A stretch of DNA of 64,000 bases from the NCBI GenBank assembly GCA_964617645.1, contig CAZTYE010000013.1:3956-67955 (forward strand), in the 5' to 3' direction. Within the stretch, counting starts at the first letter, position 1. Each line of letters begins with the position of its first letter. The stretch comes from an uncultured Ignavibacteria bacterium (GTDB taxonomy: Bacteria; Zixibacteria; MSB-5A5; CAIYYT01). Positions 1-9,805 of the stretch are shown one piece after another. The notes beneath the pieces were generated by a model, which was given only the letters and a program-made list of their open reading frames with translations, searched no databases and had not been told where the DNA came from. The position numbers were made by a program, and so were the translations under genes.

Positions 1-169
1 CCTTTAACGCCACCAATAGTGAGTTGGAGACAACGGATACCAAGGCGGCAATCGAACTTCGGTTCAACATGATCGATTCGGCTCTACACTCACAATCAAT
101 TACTCAACTCGCGAAGATAACGCAAATTCTCGTCAGGAAACAAGCAGGAAGTGTCGACTTTTATCGACA

Positions 170-556
170 ATGGCGACGATTAAATGTATAATATCCGGCA
201 TGTGTGAGATGCAGACGCACGGCAAGACCCTTCTCTTCGGGACTGTTGAAGAGGTCCGCTGTGCACACAAAGCGCGGCGGCAGGAATCCCTTCCTGCCGT
301 AACTAATGCGGTTAGGAAAGGATTCCTGACCACGCCGATCCTGGCTATCCAAGGCTCTTCGGCAGTCCTCTTCGTAGGGATCATCGCCGTTCTTGTGGGG
401 CTGGCCTTGATGTTCGCGGACAAGATTCCGTTCTTGGGGCGGTTGCCGGGAGACTTCGTCGTCAGGAAGAAGAGCTTCGCGCTATACTTCCCCATTGTTA
501 CCTGCTTGCTGCTGAGCGGGGTGGCTTCGATCGTGTTGTATCTTTTCCGGCGATGA
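170..556 (+). CDS. DUF2905-family small membrane protein (true start probably downstream of 170)
   Basis: C-terminal ~65 aa KIPFLGRLPGDFVVRKKSFALYFPIVTCLLLS..LYLFRR match the GRLPGD...YFP pattern of DUF2905. The stop overlaps the next ATG (ATGA at 553-556). Confidence 0.7.
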   Translation: MATIKCIISGMCEMQTHGKTLLFGTVEEVRCAHKARRQESLPAVTNAVRKGFLTTPILAIQGSSAVLFVGIIAVLVGLALMFADKIPFLGRLPGDFVVRKKSFALYFPIVTCLLLSGVASIVLYLFRR

Positions 557-1050
557 AGGTAAGATCGACTGTCGTGGTCCTGATGACGCTGCAATGGTCG
601 CTGCTTGCGGCGTTTGGCACACTGCTGTTCATCCTTCCGACTCGGTCGTTTTTTCCCGCACAGAGCTGGGTAGGCGCGGGCCTGATAATCCTCGGATTTG
701 TGATGTTTGTGCTCGCGATCATTGCCCATCGGTCGCGCAACCGCGACGTGATGATCCGCACGGTTCCGATTCCTCATGACAAAGCCGAATTAGTTAGCGG
801 CGGGATCTACGGATTCGTTCGGCATCCGATGTACCTTGCGACAGTGCTCGCCGCCATCGGCGCCGCGATCGCGCGAGGTCAGGCTTGGCTGCTCGTATTC
901 ACAGCGGTCATAGCGATACACTTGTACGTCAAGTCGCGCTACGAAGAGCGGTTGCTGCGAGCGCGGTATCCCACTTACCGTGAATACATGAACCGAACCG
1001 GACGAATCATCCCTCGATTCCGACGCGTTCGCCGAAGAAATCGATCTTAA
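553..1050 (+). CDS. Isoprenylcysteine carboxylmethyltransferase (ICMT/PEMT)-family membrane protein
   Basis: Multiple TM segments, GIYGFVRHPMYL motif and C-terminal EERLL..RYPTYREY..RT.R.IP. Confidence 0.85.
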   Translation: MKVRSTVVVLMTLQWSLLAAFGTLLFILPTRSFFPAQSWVGAGLIILGFVMFVLAIIAHRSRNRDVMIRTVPIPHDKAELVSGGIYGFVRHPMYLATVLAAIGAAIARGQAWLLVFTAVIAIHLYVKSRYEERLLRARYPTYREYMNRTGRIIPRFRRVRRRNRS

Positions 1051-1282
1051 CGCGAAAGTCAGTCGTTTTTTGATCGACGCAGCGGGCACCGGTGTACAAG
1101 GAGATTGAAGCGGCGCCGAAGTAATCCGCACCGCGACTGAAAGGGCTTGGTTGACATTGATGTGATTGATTACTTAGCGTCTAAGGGGTTGGCAATGGCA
1201 GGAGTGGAATCTTGCGCACGCTTTCTATGGCATTCTTAGAAACAAGAGATAGGCGGATGCTCTTATCCGCCGGGGAGTTTAT

Positions 1283-4200
1283 ATGAGAAAAGATCGGGGC
1301 GCGATCAGCTATGGCGTACTGTACGGGGTTATCGCCATTTTGAGTTTAGTCGTCGTAATCGGCGTCATCTACTTCAACACCGACCGCGGCGACGTGGTCA
1401 AGGTCGAAATGATTTCGCCGACCAACGAAGTGACACAAGCTACGAATTTCACGGTGGTGTTTTCGCGCGAACTGGCGCCCGATTCGGTCGTGGGACAAAG
1501 TTCCGACGCGGCGCTCATCAGCTTTCAACCGGAGCTTCCGGGCAAGTTCGAGTGGATAGCGCGCGACAAGTTGCGCTTCTATCCGGAAGTGGCGTTGGCG
1601 CCGTCGACGCGCTATACGGCCGAGATCAGCGGGAAGATCGCCGCTGAGCAGGGTTATCGCCTTGGCGGTAACCGCAAGTTCGAGTTCTACACAACGCCGC
1701 TGCGCGTCGAGTCGGCTCAACTCAATTATGAACTTCGCAGCGGCGATGACCAACAAGCGGACTTGATCGCGACTATTGACTTTAACTATCCGGTCGATCC
1801 GCCGGAAATCAAGCGCTTCGTTTCGATTCAGTACGAAGGCGGCCGAGCGCTAAATTACGACGCGCCCGTGCAAGCCGGACGGCAGATTGTGCTTCGTTCG
1901 ACGGGCGTCAGCCGCGCGCCGACGGAGAAACAGCTCCAACTCCGCATTGGCAAGGGCTTGATGTGCATCGGCGGACAAATCGCCTTGGCGGACGATTTTG
2001 TCGCGCCGCTCACTCTGCCGGGGCGAACCGACCTGCGGGTTGAGAGTTTGCTGCCCGAGTCCGGAACCGAGGGCCAGCGCGGCGCGCGCATCGTATTCAA
2101 TTTGCCGATCGACCCGGCGACGGCGGCGAGCTATGTCAGTATCCAGCCGGATACGAAATACAGCCTGCGCGTCGCGCATAATGCGATTTATTTACAGAGC
2201 GATTTCGACCTCAAGCAAACTTATCAAGTGCGTCTCGCGCCGGGGCTGCGCGCGGTCGACGGCGCGACGCTCAAGCGCGAATATCTCGGGACACTCGACT
2301 TGCAGCGCGCGGACATCCCGCCGCAGCTTTCGTTCGTCGGCGACGGCTATTATCTCTCCCGCACCGGGGAGTTCAAAGTCGGACTGGCGACAATCAATGT
2401 TGATCGGGTCGTACTGGAAGCGCAGCAGGTGTTCGCCAACAATCTGTGCTACCTGTTGACCGGAAACGATCTTGCCGAATCGGGACAGTGGCGCGATTGG
2501 GTTTACAATTTCGAAGGCGTTGGCCGGACGGTGAAAGAGTGGGAACTCAAGATTGCCGGCGCGAAAAATCAGGAAACGGTCACGCCGCTCAATGTCCGCG
2601 ATCACTTCAGCGCCGAGCAGCGCGGCGTCTACCGCATCATCGCCCGCGAATACGAGCGGCGCTGGCAATCGGCGACGCGCTGGATCGTCGCGACCGATTT
2701 GGGAATCGTCGCCAAGCGGAGCCAGGGCGAACTCTGGGTGTGGGTCAATTCGCTGGCGACGCTCAAACCGATTGCCGGCGCGCAATTGACGCTGCTCAGC
2801 CGCAACAACCAGAAGTTAGCGGAAGTCAAGACCGACGCCGACGGGATCGCGATTTTCAAGAACTACGCGCCGAAGGAGAGCGGCCTCGATCCGTTTCTGC
2901 TAACGGCGAGCCTCGGCGATGATCTGTCGTTTCTCGAATTGACGCGGCGGCTGATTCCGACGACCGATTTCGATGTTGCCGGCGTACCGCCACTGCGCGG
3001 CGGGTATGAAGCTTTCGTTTACTTCGAGCGCGACATCTATCGACCGGGCGAAACGGTAAATCTCGCGGCCGTCGTTCGCGGCGTCAACGCCGCCACGCCG
3101 ACACCATTTCCGATTCGCTTGCGGGTAACCGCGCCGGACGGAAAAATCATTGTCGAAGAACGGGCCATCTTAAACGAACAAGGCGCCGCTCAGTTTCGCG
3201 TACCGGTCGCCGATTACGCGCTGACCGGCCGCTATGCGGCGGAGATCCTGATCGGCGACAACGATCCGATCGGACGCGGGCTTTTCGCAATCGAGGAGTT
3301 TATTCCCGATCGCATGAAAGTGACACTTTCGACCGCACAGAAATCGATCAACACCGGCCACACGCTGGCGATCAAGATCGACGCCATCACGCTATTCGGA
3401 CCGCCGGCGTCGGGCCGAAGCGTCTCGGGTAAGGTCGAGATCGAAGCGTTCGATTTTGCGCCCGACAAGCATAAGAGCTTTAGTTTTCGTGACGACACCA
3501 AGTCGTTTGCGACTCAGACTCATGAACTCGCGGCGGCGCAACTTGACGACAACGGGAGATTCGAGTATCGCTTCGCCGTTCCATCGCCGCTGGCGCCGCC
3601 ATCGGCGCTGCGCGGTGTATTGTCCGCGACTGTCCTCGAACCCGGCGGGCGCGGTGTCACCGACTACGGTGGCGTTGAGATTCATGCGTATCCCGCTTAC
3701 GTGGGGCTGCGTCCGGCGCAGGCCGGTTATGCCGAGCCGAATTCGCCGACACGATTCGATATTGTCGTCGTCGATCCCGCCGGCGAGCCGGTCGGCGGCC
3801 GTCAAGTCGAAGTTGTTCTGCAGCGTATCTACTGGAACAGTATCATGCGCTTCGACGAATCTCAGTGGCGCTATCGCTGGGTATCGGAACAAGTCGCGCA
3901 GGAAGTCGACCGCTTCACGGTTACCTCGTCCGCAACCAGCGGCGATTTCAGCGTGACGCCGCTTGACTACGGCAAATATCGGGTCATCGCTCGCGATCTC
4001 GCGGGCAGCGGTTCGGCGAGCTACGATTTCTACGCCTCGGGGTGGGGTTACGCGCCGTGGGCGCTCGATAATCCCGACCGCATCGAGATCGATCTCGACA
4101 AGTCAGAATATACCGCCGGCGAAACGGCGGTTGCACAAATTCGCTCGCCGTTCGCGGGAAAGCTCCTGCTCACGATCGAGCGCGATCAAGTTTACTCGCA

Positions 4201-6742
4201 CCAGATCCTGACGCTCAAGGAGAACACGGCGACGATTCGCATCCCGATCAAGCGCGACTGGCAGCCGAACGTTTACGTGTCGGCGCTGCTCATTCGCTCG
4301 ACTGACAAACTGGAACGCGACATGCCGGTGCGGGCGTTTGGAGTTGTGCCGCTTGCGGTGAACACGGAAAGTCAACGGCTGAAAATCAGCATCGACGCGC
4401 CGAACGAAATCCTGCCGCGACGGGAGCTGGCGGTGAACTTCCAAGTCAGCGGCGCGCACGCGGCGCCGTATGTCACGATCGCCGCCGTTGATGAAGGGAT
4501 TTGTCAACTCACCGACTATCAAACTCCCGATCCGCACGGCTTCTTTTTCGCAAAGAGACAGCTTGGAGTTGAATCGTTTGATATTTACAGCCAGATTTTG
4601 CCGGAGGTGATTCTCGGCAAGTCGCCCGCCGGCGATATCGAAGCCAAGCGACGGCGGCAACTATCACCGACCAGCATGACACGCGTTCGGCCGGTGTCGT
4701 ATTGGTCGGGATTGCTCAAGGCGAACGCCGACGGCTCCGGTCGCGTGACGATTCCCGTTCCGCAGTTCAGTGGCCAGTTGCGCGTGATGGTCGCGGCCAT
4801 CGAGGGTAATCGCTTCGGCGCCGCGGATAAAAATATCTTCGTGCGTGAGCCGATTGTCTTGACGCCGACGTTTCCGCGCTTTGTCGGGCCGACTGATGCA
4901 TTCGTCGTTCCGGTCAGCGTTTACAACGGCACCGGCAGCGACGGCCGTTTCGAAGTGCGGCTCAATATTGACGGCGCGGTGTCGCTGACCGGTGATGCGA
5001 CACAACAGGTGGCTGTTGCGGCGGGGCGAGAACTGCCGGTGTTTTTCAGTCTCAGGGCCGGAATGGCGACGGGAGTTGCGAAGTTTACAGTCATGGCGAG
5101 CGGTAACGGAAAGTCGACGCAGCATCAAGAAGAGGTTCCGATTCGCCCGCCGGTGCCGATGGTCACGCTGGCCGGTATGGGATCAGTCAGCGCCGGCGCT
5201 CCGGTAACGATTAGCATGCCGGCAGAATTCGTTGACGGGACGACTGATTTCCGCCTGACAGTCGCGCCGTTTCCGGCGGTGCGGTTCGCGGGGAGTTTGC
5301 AGTATCTGCTGGGCTATCCGCACGGCTGCCTCGAGCAGAAGACCTCAAAGGTGTTTCCGCTGCTCTATTTCGATGATTTGGCGCGCATCGCCGAACCGAA
5401 TCTCTTCCGGAAAAACAGCGTCGATTACTTCGTCGAGGCAGGAATCACGGCGCTTGCGCAGATGCAGCAGAGTTCCGGGGCGTTCGTCTACTGGCCGAGC
5501 GGCGGTTACCAGCACAATTGGAGTTCGGTGTACGCAACGCACTTTCTGGTTGAAGCGCGCCGCGCCGGATATACGGTGCCGGATCGCGTCTTCGACCGCG
5601 CTCTCGATGCACTCGAGCGCTTCGCCAGGCAGTATGACAATGCGAACGAGTCGCGACGAAACCAAGGCGAGCCGTTTGGCGACTACGATGATCCCTCGCC
5701 GCGGCTGCCGACGGCGGTGTACGCCAACTATGTGCTGGCGCTGGCCGGCAAGCCGGATCGATCGGCGTTATCGTACCTGAAAACGACGGCGCTGCCAAAA
5801 CTTCCCAACGATTCCCGCTTTCTTTTGGCGACGGCACTGGCGCTCAGCGGTGATCGGGCTTCTGCTGTGAATCTGCTCCCGACGGCGCTCGCGCCGCGCG
5901 ACACAACCGACCGTTGGCAAAGCGGCGGACACTTCAGTTCACCGGCGCGCACGCAGGCGATTCTGCTCGACGCGTATGCGACCATTGATCCGCAAAGTCC
6001 GATGATTCCGAAACTCGTGGAAAGCATCGTTGCATCCGCCAACAGTCATGGCGCGTGGAGCACGACGCAGGAAAACGCTTTCATCTTGTTGGCGCTGGGA
6101 AAGGTGTTCAAACGCGCGCAAGCGACCGACTATTCCGGCAGCGTGAAGCTTGGCGGTTCGACGCTCGGTGTCTTGTCGGCAAAGTCGCAGGACTTTGGCG
6201 ACAAAGACTGGGGCGGCAAGACCATTGAATTGGCCATTACGGGCAGCGGCACGGCCTACTACTACTGGCGCGCCGACGGGTTGCCGTCGACACTGCGCGT
6301 GGATGAATCGGACAACACTTTGCAAGTCCGACGTCGCTATCTCGATCAGAGCGGCAATGCCATAAACCTTGACGCGCTGAAGCAGGGTGATCTGATCGTT
6401 GCCGAAGTGTCGATTAAGTCCATCGATCAGGACGTACAGAACGTCGCGATTGTCGATCTGCTGCCGTCGGGATTGGAAATCGAAAATCCGCGATTGCAGT
6501 CGCGCGCGGCCATTAAATGGATCGGCGAAAATCTCTATCAGCCGCGCTATCTTGATATCCGCGACGACCGGCTGATTGCTTACGGCGATCTGCGTGGCGG
6601 CCGGCAGGAGAAATTCTATTACGGCATTCGCGTGGTGAGCGAGGGGACGTTTATCCTTCCGCCCGTCACCGCCGAAGCGATGTACGCGCCGATGATTTCG
6701 TCGCGCGCGTCATCGGGACAAATTCGCGTCGGGAGGCCGTAA
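1283..6742 (+). CDS. Bacterial alpha-2-macroglobulin (YfhM-like), N-terminal membrane anchor
   Basis: 1819 aa; RDIYRPGETV MG2 motif; AAVDEGI; intact thioester motif GYPHGCLEQ; WSTTQEN; C-terminal receptor-binding region ending AEAMYAP; adjacent to pbpC. Confidence 0.95.
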   Translation: MRKDRGAISYGVLYGVIAILSLVVVIGVIYFNTDRGDVVKVEMISPTNEVTQATNFTVVFSRELAPDSVVGQSSDAALISFQPELPGKFEWIARDKLRFYPEVALAPSTRYTAEISGKIAAEQGYRLGGNRKFEFYTTPLRVESAQLNYELRSGDDQQADLIATIDFNYPVDPPEIKRFVSIQYEGGRALNYDAPVQAGRQIVLRSTGVSRAPTEKQLQLRIGKGLMCIGGQIALADDFVAPLTLPGRTDLRVESLLPESGTEGQRGARIVFNLPIDPATAASYVSIQPDTKYSLRVAHNAIYLQSDFDLKQTYQVRLAPGLRAVDGATLKREYLGTLDLQRADIPPQLSFVGDGYYLSRTGEFKVGLATINVDRVVLEAQQVFANNLCYLLTGNDLAESGQWRDWVYNFEGVGRTVKEWELKIAGAKNQETVTPLNVRDHFSAEQRGVYRIIAREYERRWQSATRWIVATDLGIVAKRSQGELWVWVNSLATLKPIAGAQLTLLSRNNQKLAEVKTDADGIAIFKNYAPKESGLDPFLLTASLGDDLSFLELTRRLIPTTDFDVAGVPPLRGGYEAFVYFERDIYRPGETVNLAAVVRGVNAATPTPFPIRLRVTAPDGKIIVEERAILNEQGAAQFRVPVADYALTGRYAAEILIGDNDPIGRGLFAIEEFIPDRMKVTLSTAQKSINTGHTLAIKIDAITLFGPPASGRSVSGKVEIEAFDFAPDKHKSFSFRDDTKSFATQTHELAAAQLDDNGRFEYRFAVPSPLAPPSALRGVLSATVLEPGGRGVTDYGGVEIHAYPAYVGLRPAQAGYAEPNSPTRFDIVVVDPAGEPVGGRQVEVVLQRIYWNSIMRFDESQWRYRWVSEQVAQEVDRFTVTSSATSGDFSVTPLDYGKYRVIARDLAGSGSASYDFYASGWGYAPWALDNPDRIEIDLDKSEYTAGETAVAQIRSPFAGKLLLTIERDQVYSHQILTLKENTATIRIPIKRDWQPNVYVSALLIRSTDKLERDMPVRAFGVVPLAVNTESQRLKISIDAPNEILPRRELAVNFQVSGAHAAPYVTIAAVDEGICQLTDYQTPDPHGFFFAKRQLGVESFDIYSQILPEVILGKSPAGDIEAKRRRQLSPTSMTRVRPVSYWSGLLKANADGSGRVTIPVPQFSGQLRVMVAAIEGNRFGAADKNIFVREPIVLTPTFPRFVGPTDAFVVPVSVYNGTGSDGRFEVRLNIDGAVSLTGDATQQVAVAAGRELPVFFSLRAGMATGVAKFTVMASGNGKSTQHQEEVPIRPPVPMVTLAGMGSVSAGAPVTISMPAEFVDGTTDFRLTVAPFPAVRFAGSLQYLLGYPHGCLEQKTSKVFPLLYFDDLARIAEPNLFRKNSVDYFVEAGITALAQMQQSSGAFVYWPSGGYQHNWSSVYATHFLVEARRAGYTVPDRVFDRALDALERFARQYDNANESRRNQGEPFGDYDDPSPRLPTAVYANYVLALAGKPDRSALSYLKTTALPKLPNDSRFLLATALALSGDRASAVNLLPTALAPRDTTDRWQSGGHFSSPARTQAILLDAYATIDPQSPMIPKLVESIVASANSHGAWSTTQENAFILLALGKVFKRAQATDYSGSVKLGGSTLGVLSAKSQDFGDKDWGGKTIELAITGSGTAYYYWRADGLPSTLRVDESDNTLQVRRRYLDQSGNAINLDALKQGDLIVAEVSIKSIDQDVQNVAIVDLLPSGLEIENPRLQSRAAIKWIGENLYQPRYLDIRDDRLIAYGDLRGGRQEKFYYGIRVVSEGTFILPPVTAEAMYAPMISSRASSGQIRVGRP

Positions 6743-6748
6743 TCGCCA

Positions 6749-9073
6749 ATGCTTGATTTGGAACGCATCTGCAAATTGGTGCGAGTGGTTGCGGCGCTTC
6801 TGATCGTTACCGTGTTGTCGTTTATGGGCGCGGATCTGGCGTTTCCGCTGCCGAAAGATCGACTCTATCCGCCGTCATCGCAGCAAATACTCGACAAGGA
6901 CGGGCGGATCCTGCGCGCCTTTCTGGCGCCCGACCAAATGTGGCGGCTGCGGGTGACGAGCGAGCAGACTTCATCACAGCTCAAGCTGGCAGTGTTGGCC
7001 TACGAGGATCGGCATTTCTACGTTCATCCGGGAATCAACCCGGCAGCGCTGCTGCGCGCCGCGTCGGCGAACATTCGCGCCGGACGAATCATCCAAGGCG
7101 GCTCGACAATCACCATGCAGGTGGCACGGCTGATCGAACCAAAAGAGCGCACGGTGGCGAGCAAGCTGATCGAAATGTTCCGGGCGCTGCAGCTTGAGCT
7201 GCACTTGACCAAAGACGAAATCCTCACCTGCTACTTCAATCTGGCGCCTTACGGCGGCAATATCGTCGGTATCGGCGCCGCGGCGCGTTCGTACTTTCAG
7301 AAGGCGCCGGATGCGCTCAGCCTCGGCGAAGCCGCGCTCCTTGCGGCGATACCGAACTCGCCCAACCGCTATCGACCGGATGTGAATCCGGAGGCGGCGG
7401 CGCAAGCGCGCGCCAAGATTCTGCGGATCATGCGTGACCGCGGAGCCATTACCGAGCAACAACGGGAAGAGGCGCAGCAGGAAACGATTCCGCGACGCCG
7501 CTTCGATCTGCCCTTTAGCGCGCCGCATTTCGCAGAGCTAATTCGCGAAGCCTACCCGGACCAGGAGATAGCGGGCACGACGCTGGATTCGCGGGTTCAG
7601 GAACTGGCCGAGCACGCGCTCGACCGCCAACTGGCGCAATTATCGCCGCTCGGAATTCATAGCGGCGCGGTAGTGGTGGTCGACAACCGATCCGGCACGC
7701 TTTTGGCCTTGGTGGGGTCGCAGGAATACTTCGACTCACTGCACTCCGGGCAAGTCAACGGCGCAACAGCGCCGCGTTCGCCGGGCTCGGCGCTCAAGCC
7801 GTTCGTATACGCGCTGGCGCTCGATCGGGGAGTAATATCGTCGCGAACCTTGATCTACGATGTACCCGTCGAATTCGCCGGCTACAAACCGGTGAACTAC
7901 GACGAAACCTTCAACGGCGCCGTGGCCGCCGAAGACGCGCTGATCCGCTCGCTGAACGTGCCGGCAATCAACCTCGCTGCGCAAACCGGCGGGGAGAAGA
8001 TTTTCGAAGAATTGAAGCGCTGCGGCCTGACAACGCTCAATCGCCCCTGGTCGCAATACGGCTTGCCGCTGGTGTTGGGCGGATGCGAAGTCAAGCTGCT
8101 CGAATTGACGAACCTCTACGCCGCGCTGGCGAACAGCGGACGATATCGCAGATTGCGTTTCCTAAAAAGCGACTCGGCAACCGGAGAACATGAACTCGTG
8201 GATACCGCTGCGGCATTCATCGTGAGTGAGATTCTGAGCCGCGTGCGGCGTCCGGAGCTGCCGTCGGCCTGGGAAGCCGCCACAAATGTTCCGAAGGTGG
8301 CGTGGAAGACGGGAACTTCATTGGGCAAGCGCGATGCCTGGTCAATCGGCTACAATCGTGATTATACGATCGGCGTCTGGATCGGCAATTTCAACGGGCG
8401 CGGCCACCCGCAACTGATCGGAGCCGAAGCGGCGGCGCCGGTTCTGTTTGATTTGTTCGAAACACTGGCCACCGGCGCCAGCGCCGGCTGGTTCGAACAG
8501 CCGCCGAATGTCGCGTGTCGACAGGTCTGCGCGTTATCGGGCATGCTTGCAACTGAATTTTGCACCGTCGTCGAGGACGAACCGGCGATTGTCGGGGTTG
8601 CGCCGAATCAACCCTGCTCGATGCACGAGGCCATCATCGTCGACCAAATTACGGGTCAGCGTTTGTGCAAACACTGTCGCGCCGGACATGCGACCCGGGA
8701 GCGAATCGCGGTGCGCTGGCCGACGGCGATTGCCACTTGGATGCAGCGCAACGGACGCGTGATCGACGCGATCCCGGCGCACAATCCGCAGTGCGGCGTG
8801 TTAGCCTCGGGAGACGGGCCGGTGATCGTATCGCCGATCGACGAATCGGATTTTCAACTGCGTCCGGAAGTGGCGCGGCGGTATCAGCGAATCCGGCTCG
8901 ATGCCTCGGTGGCAAACGAGACGCGGACGATTTACTGGTTTCTCAATCAAAAACTGATTTACTCGGGAGCGCCGACGCAGCAGGTATTTTTCGATCCAAC
9001 GCCGGGGAAACACGTGATCGTCTGCATGGACGATCGGGGACGTTCTTCGGAAGTCGAAGTATCGGTGCGGTAG
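6749..9073 (+). CDS. pbpC: Penicillin-binding protein 1C
   Basis: Transglycosylase motifs EDRHF and GGSTITMQVARL; transpeptidase motifs GSALKP, SLN and KTGTS; C-terminal BiPBP_C-like region; canonical pairing with alpha-2-macroglobulin. Confidence 0.93.
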   Translation: MLDLERICKLVRVVAALLIVTVLSFMGADLAFPLPKDRLYPPSSQQILDKDGRILRAFLAPDQMWRLRVTSEQTSSQLKLAVLAYEDRHFYVHPGINPAALLRAASANIRAGRIIQGGSTITMQVARLIEPKERTVASKLIEMFRALQLELHLTKDEILTCYFNLAPYGGNIVGIGAAARSYFQKAPDALSLGEAALLAAIPNSPNRYRPDVNPEAAAQARAKILRIMRDRGAITEQQREEAQQETIPRRRFDLPFSAPHFAELIREAYPDQEIAGTTLDSRVQELAEHALDRQLAQLSPLGIHSGAVVVVDNRSGTLLALVGSQEYFDSLHSGQVNGATAPRSPGSALKPFVYALALDRGVISSRTLIYDVPVEFAGYKPVNYDETFNGAVAAEDALIRSLNVPAINLAAQTGGEKIFEELKRCGLTTLNRPWSQYGLPLVLGGCEVKLLELTNLYAALANSGRYRRLRFLKSDSATGEHELVDTAAAFIVSEILSRVRRPELPSAWEAATNVPKVAWKTGTSLGKRDAWSIGYNRDYTIGVWIGNFNGRGHPQLIGAEAAAPVLFDLFETLATGASAGWFEQPPNVACRQVCALSGMLATEFCTVVEDEPAIVGVAPNQPCSMHEAIIVDQITGQRLCKHCRAGHATRERIAVRWPTAIATWMQRNGRVIDAIPAHNPQCGVLASGDGPVIVSPIDESDFQLRPEVARRYQRIRLDASVANETRTIYWFLNQKLIYSGAPTQQVFFDPTPGKHVIVCMDDRGRSSEVEVSVR

Positions 9074-9091
9074 CCGGGCGGCGTTGTTCGG

Positions 9092-9805
9092 TCAAGCGTT
9101 GGAGTCAAGCTCGCCGCGCGGCGTAAATTTGTAGCCGGCGCCGCGCATCGTGTGGATGTAGCGCGGGTTGGATTGATCCGGTTCAAAGATCTTTCGCAGC
9201 CGCAGAATGAAATTATCGATCGTGCGCGATGACGGGAAAACGTGGTATCCCCAGACGGCGTCGAGCAGCATGTCGCGTGTGACAACTTCGTTGGCGTGTT
9301 CGACGAGAAACTTCATCGTCATGCACTCTTTCTGGGAAAGCTCGACTTCCCCGCCGGTCCCTTTTGCGCGGTAAGTTTTGAAGTCGACCCAGTTGGCGTC
9401 GAAGGCAAAGCGCGATTTGTCAATCGCGATGGTCCCATACCAAACCTGACGGCGAAAGATCGCCGCAACGCGGAGGAGCAATTCCTGCAAGTTGAACGGT
9501 TTGGTAAGGTAGTCGTCGCCGCCGGAGAGAAACCCCTCAATGCGATCCGATTGCCGGTCACGCGCCGTCAAAAAGAGCACCGGTACCCGGCCGCCGGCAT
9601 CGCGGATTTCTTTGCAAACCGTGAGACCATCTTTGCCGGGAATCATGATATCGAGAATCAGCAGATCGAACTGCCCTTTGTGATATGTTTCCAGCGCCAC
9701 AATGCCGTCGCCCGCGACCGCGACCTCGTAGCCTTCGGCTTCAAGGTTGATTTGCAGTCCTTCGGCAATGTGCTCTTCGTCTTCGACGACCAAAATTCGC
9801 TTCAT
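9092..9805 (-). CDS. OmpR/PhoB-family response regulator
   Basis: ILVVEDE...LLILDIMIPGKDG receiver and winged-helix RTIDNFILRLRK...IHTMRGAGYKF. Confidence 0.95.
   Translation of the reverse strand: MKRILVVEDEEHIAEGLQINLEAEGYEVAVAGDGIVALETYHKGQFDLLILDIMIPGKDGLTVCKEIRDAGGRVPVLFLTARDRQSDRIEGFLSGGDDYLTKPFNLQELLLRVAAIFRRQVWYGTIAIDKSRFAFDANWVDFKTYRAKGTGGEVELSQKECMTMKFLVEHANEVVTRDMLLDAVWGYHVFPSSRTIDNFILRLRKIFEPDQSNPRYIHTMRGAGYKFTPRGELDSNA

Noticed and set aside
1-191. Partial ORF at the left edge (frame 3, about 62 codons)
   Set aside because: Too short, truncated and without a motif to support a call.
1252-1271. Hairpin GGCGGAT-N6-ATCCGCC next to the alpha-2-macroglobulin RBS as a riboswitch
   Set aside because: A single 7-bp stem with no aptamer features; it could be a chance or generic structure.
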